A stretch of 32,385 nucleotides of DNA from Hydrurus foetidus (taxonomy: Eukaryota), in assembly GCA_900617105.1 (NCBI GenBank), contig UYFQ01000158.1, positions 1-32,385 of the forward strand, read 5' to 3'. The notes beneath the pieces are model-generated. The model worked only from the letters and a program-made list of their open reading frames with translations. It ran no database searches and was not told where the DNA came from. Numbering within the stretch: the stretch's first letter is position 1; the number at the start of each line of letters is the position of its first letter. Below, piece after piece: positions 7,861-32,385 of the stretch. Both the position numbers and the translations under genes were made by a program.

Positions 7861-10800
7861 ATGGCGAAAACATATCTCACTGTTTGCTTGATGTTTCTTG
7901 CATTGGTGATTGATATTACGAGTTCCCTCTCTTCTGTGGCGGCTGGTAGTCGAGGAAACGTGTATCACGTTGCGCGAGCCCAGAAAGCGAGAACCTTGAG
8001 AATGATGTCGACGGCTATGTCAGGAGACAACTCGAAATCATTCATCAACCAAGCAAACGCATGGTGTGGGCTGAACGGATTACTATATTCCGCTGGAGAC
8101 ATGAAATATCAAGCGGCACCAGTAGCCTTAATACCTAACACGTTTCCAAAAGCAGCTTTTGAATACGCTCAGGAAATGCAACCTGCCATCAATGAGTTAG
8201 TTGACACGATATCAAGAGATAAAGAATTTTTACTCCAACATTTGGTTTCAGTGGGCGAGTCTGACACCTTTGTAAGAAAGCTTCTAGGTAAGTTTCGAGA
8301 TGACAAAGGATGCAATAGCCTTCTTGCACTTTGTTCCCCTTCCGCAAAGCTTTGAATGTCGGCCTTTCTGCCGCAAAGCATCTATCGCGAATCAGAACCG
8401 TTAGCGAATCGTCCTGAGTAATCAATCTTTCGTGGATCATATTAGATATATATGAATCTTTGCCTGAAGATATCATCAAGAGCTCAGTACATCTTGGCCT
8501 TCACCGTAGTGACTATATGTTAAATGTTGATGGAAATGGAGCTCAGACACCATTACAGGTGGAGATCAACACTATCGCATCGTCATTTGGATGTCTGAGT
8601 AAGAAGGTCGGTGATTTTCACCGCTACATGCTCCAACGGAATTCAAACTCTGTTGCATACAAAAACTTATTACAGCAAACCAGCGGCGACAGCACTCTAG
8701 AGGTGAGCGATGTTCTGTTCTGTGAAATTGTTCTGATTGCTGTGGATGGATTTTGATTCTTGCCATTTAGCAGTAAAGAGTAATTGGCGATAAATGACTA
8801 AATGGGATTTCCAGGAATGCTGATAAATTGACCGGTATCGAATGCACATGTGACTCATATGATATCGAGATAACTGAGACATCCCCTTGTGCCATGAAAC
8901 GCTTAGTCAGGAACCCTCAACTCCTCATAAAACACCCGCTTCCCTCGCGTTCCTCATCACTTAAATTTCTTTTTATATTCGGTTTCCTATCGCATTCTGC
9001 AGAATCTTCTGCAAGTTGCGAGCAAAGTTCCTGAAAACACATCTATCAAAATGTTAGCTTTCGGGCTTGCCATGGCACATTTTGTTTACGGAGATAACAA
9101 GGCATCCATTCTGTTCATAGTTCAACCAGGAGAGAGAAATGTGAGTCATGCTCTAATTTTAGACTCAAGACTCAGATCATTATGATGTCAAATTTACTGT
9201 TATAGCACCTAATTTCAACATTTTAATGACATTGTCATGATTGGATTTGTTTTTCTTAATGCCCCTTCAACTTCGGCCATCGGTGCGTCAAAAGAGGACT
9301 GTCGTACTATTTATCAAATTTTCAACATTGCAATTCAGGCACTCATATTTAATTTGTTGACAATCATTGTGATCTCCTCCGCATTGCGCGCATTAGAAAT
9401 TTCTCATAAAGTGTTGCATATTTATTTGAAAGATAGTGATGTTCGCAACTTCTCTTTCGGAGTGTTACACTTTTGTATTATCTCATTGATTGTTGCACTT
9501 TATAGTAAGTTTGTGTACGATTCACAACTTATCTCATGAAGTGTTACACTTTACTTTAAGATTGCGGATCAGAGACTACTAGAAGCAGAGCTCTGGACGG
9601 CACACGGAGCAAGGGTAGAGTTCATGACATTGGCTCAAGTTGCTGAGAACAGCAGACTAGGGCAAGCGAATGCACTCTATGTCCGTCCATCTGGCGACTT
9701 GTATGTGAGCAAAGCAGACGATGTTAAGACTGTTGGTGGTGGTGAAGACGAGGAGATGGAGAGGGAGCAAGAGAGGGAAGGAGAGGTCCTCATTTCTGTA
9801 GCGTATTACAGAGCTGGATACGCCCCTACAGACTATCCAACAGACAAAGAGTGGGAAGCTAGAGGATTGATAGAAAACTCCGTAGCGACTAAATGTCCCA
9901 CTGTGGGCTATCAGCTTGCAGGCACGAAGAAGATTCAACAAGTTTTATGCGAAGAGGGAATGGTGGAAAAGTTTCTAACTGAGCCTGAGTCTGTTCTGCT
10001 CAGAAAGTGTTTCGCAGGTTGGATTCTATGAGAATGTTTGTGACGTATTTGATGAAAGTTGCACTCACTCACTTTTATCCCTTCCCTCCTCTATTCCTCG
10101 TTCTCTCACCCATGCACACACATTCGCACACACACACGGATGAGCACACTCTTACTCTCTTTTTCTACTTATTTGTCTCCATACACATTTGACGGGGTGT
10201 CGACTGTTATTTTACTGCAACACACGTCTTACGCGGAGTATCTCCTACTATCCTACGACCTCATTTCCCTGGAGCTTGGTGTCCAGCAAGTCTCCCCTCT
10301 CAGCTGTTTATCCCCATAAATCTAACATTTTTCTTACACGTACGGTTTTATTTTTTATTCCCCAGAGCAGTACAGTCTATCGCCTCTAAGTAGCCCACTG
10401 ACGTCATCAGCCACAAGAGCTGCCATGCTAGGGGCCATGCAAAACGGGTCCCCCTGGGTCCTTAAACCCCAAAGAGAAGGAGGAGGAAATAATCTATACG
10501 GTGCGGAGCTGGTGGAATTTTTACAGAAATATCAAGAAGACTCTGTGCTATCAGGTGCGGAATTTATTTTTCATCTGCGTGCGTATGCGTTTACGCACCT
10601 GGTAGGTATTCACAGTGTATGCAGAGGAACATCTGTCGGTAGCGTGTGGTCTGTCCTTCTCCGCTATTATTCTCTCTACGACATACTGTACGCCCCTGTA
10701 TACGCCTCTATTCGATTCATCCTCTCACTCACTGCATTCCATCACTCTACCGTCCTATCCATCATCAATCTCTCCTCACATGTCACATGTGACGTCACTC

Positions 10801-11062
10801 TACAGGCTACGTACTCATGAAGAGAATATTCCCCAAGTCCCAGACCACAGCTTTCCTAAGACAAGGCGAGTTGCTCGTCCTGCCCTCCATCAGCGAGTTG
10901 GGCATATACGGAGTGTTTCTAGGAGACGGATCCAGCACACCTCTGCTCAACTCGTGTGCGGGGTATCTACTGCGTACTAAACCGGATGGCGTTGATGAAG
11001 GGGGGGTTGCTGCGGGATTTTCGGTATTAAATTCTGTTATTTTAGTAGATGATACTCAGTAG
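7861..11062 (+). CDS. GSS: Eukaryotic glutathione synthetase, 6 exons, about 574 aa, with N-terminal targeting peptide
   Basis: Exons 7861-8287, 8446-8702, 9003-9140, 9561-10017, 10366-10554 and 10806-11062; all GT-AG and in phase. Motifs RSDYM, QVEINTIASSF, ERN-DQ, YYRAGYAP, QLAGTKKIQQ, KPQREGGGNN, SELGIYG, GYLLRTK and EGGVAAG. Confidence 0.95.
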
Positions 11063-11458
11063 TGGAGATCACAATTTGTTAGTGGATGAGGAGGTTGAAC
11101 GTTTCTGCGCGTTGGAAAGCACTAGGCTGATCTGAGGGCAGGGTTAGAAATATATCTTGTGTATTTAAAATAATTATTGTCACTGTGTGCATTTTGTATC
11201 CAATTAAATGTTCTGTAATATACTATCATTCCAAGCACTGTTTATCATTTTCCTCCTTGACCGAGAACATTTACAATCGTATCTGTGACAAAATAAAATA
11301 CCAGAGGGGTATGCGGTGACAAAGCATCATTGGTCGGTAAGCGCCCAGTTGCGAAATGATGGTAATAAAGGTGTTCAGACAGATCTGGACGAAATCTGAA
11401 TCTGCAGTTTCGGTTTCTTTACGGTTGCGCTGCTGCTTGATTCACACTATATCCATAA

Positions 11459-11527
11459 GCATTTTGCTGCACCATCCAGCAGCATTTTCCAGCACCATTC
11501 ATAGGCATTTTCCAGCACCTATACCAT
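11459..11527. repeat. Degenerate 23-bp tandem repeat (3 copies) in the convergent GSS/ABCA 3' region
   Basis: GCATTTT(G/C)C(T/A)GCACC begins at 11459, 11482 and 11505. Confidence 0.7.
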
Positions 11528-11829
11528 AGCGTAATAAAATAAATCAAACCAAACCAAATCATGTCACGGCGCCGTGTCGTAAGCAACATGAGTACAAGTT
11601 TTAGTACCTAAATCTGATATTCATCTTCTCTTATACCTTCATTGACGAAGTCACAACGAAACAGGAATATCCTATTTTCGTACTCCAAAATGACAGCTCG
11701 GAAGAACTTCCATCACCTATATGCTTCCAATATTCTCCACGGAAATCCCCCAAACTGCTGTGTTGTTTTGACTTCGACAACACCTACACACTATACAGAA
11801 GAAATCGACTGACGAACTTCGCACATAGC

Positions 11830-28565
<16,736 letters not shown>

Positions 28566-29495
28566 CGCTGAATCCCTGAATTTTACGTGTCCTGTCAATG
28601 CAAATGTGCTGAGCCAATTGAAACCATGGGCAGCAAGGTCTCAGGACAGACCTGCAATGCCATCATCACGAGTTAGGTTGTACGTTGAGTGATAGAGTCC
28701 TCAAGTTTAGTCCAATGTGAAGAGATCAATGGATCCGATCTTCGTCGACAAAGCGAACCCCCTCTTCCGAGCAGGAAGGGTATCAGAGTGAAGGGGATGA
28801 TTTCCGCGCATCAGTCTACATCTGAATACGGTACGTACGAGGTACGGGCGAACTCGTTAGGGGTGTCACATTAATAGTTTTGTTGTATAGTGGAGACTGA
28901 ATTGACTTTCGAAGGCAAGATCTCTCCCTGTGCGGCATTTTCGCTACTGTAATATCAATCGCTCGCCAACTCTCTTTGTTCTTGTAAGTCGTTTTATCGC
29001 TCATATTATGGTGATGCAGGAATAATTTAATTGGGGCAGAAGAGCGAGAGGTTGTACGGTGTGCGCGACATCCATCTAATGAGGATCTGGAATGGGAGAT
29101 TCTACGATACGGTTGCAAGCAAATTCACTATGTATGCTCGGATCCTAACTGGACGTTCGCATCACTTTCATCAGATACTTGAGTTTCGGGATTCACTATC
29201 CGGTGTCATTTCTACTCTTCTCGTCACAGCTGTTAATAACTCGATCATGCTGGTCACTATTTTGATTGCGACGCTTAAAATTGTTCGCAGTAATCATGTC
29301 TTCGTGTCATGGAATGCAGGAGATTCCCGAGTCATTGAGATGGACTTGATCTTTTCATCAGTTGCGGGGGCATCAAGCTGTCGCCCACAATATTGACTAG
29401 CCAGGTGCTGATGGCAGCCAGTCCGCGTCAAATAAGCAATCTGATTGAAATGACCTACTATTTATTTACCGAATTTTCAACAAAGGTATGGAGAT

Positions 29496-30153
29496 TTAGA
29501 CCTCGCCGCGGGCAACTTGACCAGCCACAAGATCAAGGGCCTGCTGGCCGACACGACTGATCTTTCTGCCACCCTTGGCAGTCTTCTCAGTTATCTTGAG
29601 CTCGTCCAATGTGATAAGAATGTGGCGGATGATACCTCCGGCGGCATCTTGGTGACGCTCTGGGCGTGCTCCTCTCCTAAGAGGTTCGTTGATGAAAACA
29701 TGTTCGTTAGTCGGCGCCGTCTTCGGTCTGGGAGGGACTACTCTATCCGAGAAAACTAAGCCCAACAACACAGCATAGTTCGGGTTATTGTCACCTGTAG
29801 TTGCCACCAAATCTCTTCTTTAGGGCGCCAACTCCAGTTCCAGGTCTTAAGTAAATTTTTCTCACAACGGCGGCTGAGGTGCAAAATCCAGCAATTAAAT
29901 AAAACAATCTACAATGACATGACTTACATGGCACCAAATACTGTAACTGTTGACATGACTAACCGGCGCGGACGAAATACCAATCGGGATCATAAGGAGC
30001 TAGTTCCTTGTGTACGCCGGTCTTCACAATATCAGCCCATTTTGGAACAACAAATTTATCGTTGTTCTTCAGAACCTCGGTGTAGGCTGAGATGAACTTT
30101 GGTGCAGCCACATCACGCACGGTGATACAGCCTGTTGATCCTTCTTCTGCCAT
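29496..30153 (-). CDS. RPS19: 40S ribosomal protein S19 (eS19), 3 exons, 149 aa
   Basis: Exons 30153-29964, 29873-29795 and 29676-29496; GT-AG and in phase. Motifs TVRDV, VPKWADIVKTG..KELAPYDPDWYFVRA, RKIYLRPGTGVGAL, GRKIS..GQQALD. Confidence 0.97.
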
Positions 30154-30548
30154 ATTTCCTGAATACGAATCAAAGGTGTGAACTTTAAATGACGGCGCGC
30201 TTCCTTCACAATCAAATATATTTCCAAATCCAACAGCCACAACGCAGTTGTCGTCAGTATACACTTACAGTTGATTTCGGTCGTAATGGTAGAGCGCGGT
30301 AACCAACGTCCAACGTGAGTCGCACGATGGCTCCCCTCTAAAGCAGGCACAAAAAATCATGGACCAATTGGAGACACGACCCAGCAAGATCGGAAACTGG
30401 TAAATCGCAGTCCATCCATTTTGAGGTATTTTTTGGTAACATACGGTTTCTTGGGTAATTCACATTTACCATACGTTCCCGATGTACGCCACATAACACG
30501 TACCGCCCCGCTCGTCTGGAGAATGTGCGCCGAATACCGAATGCATTA

Positions 30549-30663
30549 CCAGGACAGAATAAAATGTCCAGTAAATATGAACGAATCCGAGGTGGAAATG
30601 GTGATTTCAACAGCGCTCAAACCTGTTTTCATTCTCTGTATTGGACATTTTATTCTATCCTGG
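30549..30663. mobile_element. Putative Tc1/mariner-type MITE (115 bp) flanked by TA
   Basis: TA|CCAGGACAGAATAAAATGTCCA ... TGGACATTTTATTCTATCCTGG|TA: 22-bp terminal inverted repeats with 1 mismatch and no coding capacity. Confidence 0.6.
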
Positions 30664-31839
30664 TAATACCGTTTGGTTAACATTTAATTCTACTGTACTG
30701 TCGACGGAAATTTTGTTTGCCTCTAGCGTTACAGTCTCAAAATTTTCGATAGTAATGCAGAAGAATCCGTCGTCTGGCACAGTAGGTAAGCATTCACTTC
30801 GAAATTGACTGCGGGACGAGAGTCTTCGTAGGATGCATCATTTTACAACTGAGTGCTTCATGAAAAAAAAGTGTGGGATTGAACAATAAATAATAAGTTT
30901 AAATTATTTCAACTTCAAGGCCTGGGCGCATTTCACGTTTGAATTCGCGATGAACAAATCGATCTTATCAGTGCATGCGACTGTTCCACTCGATCAGTAA
31001 GAGGCTCTGTTTGATACCAAATACAATCAAAAAGTGATACGTGCATTGGGATGTATCACGTGATGAGACAGCACCTTGAAAGCTGAATGGAGGCGGGGTT
31101 GTATTAGTATCAGTATTTCTTGACATATGTACAGACTTCACCGATGGTTGGAAGGAAACATATATCACTATCTCTCTAATTGTGTTCTATGTACATCGCG
31201 GCGCGCATTGCTTCTCCTCTTTTTTTTCTTCTCTTCATGTAAGAGTAAGTTATTCAAATTGGTACAAACATGGCGTCTAGTCCAGTCCAACTCTAGCGCA
31301 GAGTCGATCAGTTAGTTTACTGACACACTCCGTTTTCTTCATGCTTTATGGCCGTTATAATGTCTGTGTGGGCTGCTGAAGCTGAAGAGGACTCTGACAC
31401 ACTGCACTGCACTGCACCACCTGTCTTGTACTCACTTGATCTGAAGACAAAAATTCATCCGAAAACGATCGACATCAGTCTAGTTTATACACCGAGTCTC
31501 CAAAACCACACTTTTAAAGTGTGGCGTTGTGTAGTATAGTAAACTGGGTCGAAATAGGGTCAGAGTGTGAGCGTGGGGTAGAGATGCGAGATGTAGCAAC
31601 GCATACGTATGTGTTCCTGCTCTAGCCCAAAGCTCATCAACCCTACCAGGGAAGGAAAGGAGAGAAGTGACTCACTGATCTGTTGGACTCTGTTCTGACC
31701 GGAAGAGAAGAGAAGTCGAGAGAGAAAGGAACGGTACCGCCTGTACACTTGAGATAAAAAAAGGACTAAACGGAGTCGTTTTGACTGAGGCAGTGCAGCA
31801 CTGCTAGCCCTTGGATTGACCTCCTAACAATGGCATCTA

Positions 31840-32325
31840 TCACGACCCTTCTTCTTCTTCGTCTGCTGCTGCATTAGCAATAGCGGAGGATTGGCCGGAG
31901 ACACCGTTGGCACCCGGCCGACTGTACATTTCGTTCATCATGGCTCTTCTTCTGTCATCCATGTTCTGTTGACGCATCGCCATTGTTCTGTGATTTATTA
32001 CGTCACATCGGATTGAGTGATGTTAATCAGAGTGTTGGTGATAGGTGCTAAGTGCATGAAAGTACAGAAGATAGGAGTGATGTACGACAACACAGTGGAT
32101 GAGGAATAGTTTTGAGTGTAGATGATATTGGATGTAGGAAAGCATGGTAGAAAAGAGTGACGTCACGTACTTGAAGTGGTCTTTCAGCTCCTTGCAGTTG
32201 GGAACGATGCATTTATCGTTTCGACAACTTCTTGAATGCATGTTAATCAAGTTTTGAATTCTCTTGCAAATCGGACATCCTCTCTTTGTCGTTACCGTGC
32301 AAGTCTTGGAGTGACTCAATATTTC
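31840..32325 (-). CDS. C-terminal exons of a TAZ zinc-finger protein, CBP/p300 (HAC)-like histone acetyltransferase; 5' part outside the window
   Basis: Exons 32325-32171 and 31987-31840. HSKTC...GCPICKR....MHSRSC...C.VPNC is a TAZ2 pattern, followed by RQQNMDDRRRAMMNEMY, which resembles the tail of plant/algal HAC proteins. Confidence 0.8.
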
Positions 32326-32385
32326 CTACATAATTGCATTAAGGTAGATTAGTATTGAGAAAGTGAAGTGTAAGGAGTGTAAGGG

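Noticed and set aside
11459..11527. CRISPR-like periodic repeat
   Set aside because: Only three degenerate 23-bp tandem units, no real spacers, no cas genes, and a eukaryotic context.
29677..29963. Intronic snoRNA in RPS19
   Set aside because: No RUGAUGA/CUGA box pair and no convincing double-hairpin H/ACA layout were seen.

Overview
This is eukaryotic genomic DNA with spliceosomal introns. Bipartite signal/transit-like N-termini suggest a photosynthetic stramenopile or a similar secondary-plastid alga (inference). Bases 1-4494 hold the 3' part of a GC-rich, apparently young tyrosine-recombinase (YR) retrotransposon. It has an intact RT-RNase H ORF running off the left edge, a YR ORF with no initiating ATG, and a split-direct-repeat right end (B1 - A2/spacer - B2) of the Ngaro/PAT/TOC1 type. 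Host genes follow: an intronless adenylate kinase (+), a signal-peptide DnaJ class B (-), glutathione synthetase (+, 6 exons), a very large ABCA transporter (-, 21 exons, about 3,100 aa), RPS19 (-) and the 3' end of a CBP/p300 (HAC)-like TAZ zinc-finger gene (-). The ABCA gene has one apparent frameshift, one GC-AG intron, and a different long microsatellite in each of five introns. A TA-flanked inverted-repeat element (MITE-like) lies upstream of RPS19. All gene models were assembled by eye with splice phase checked; no database searches were run.
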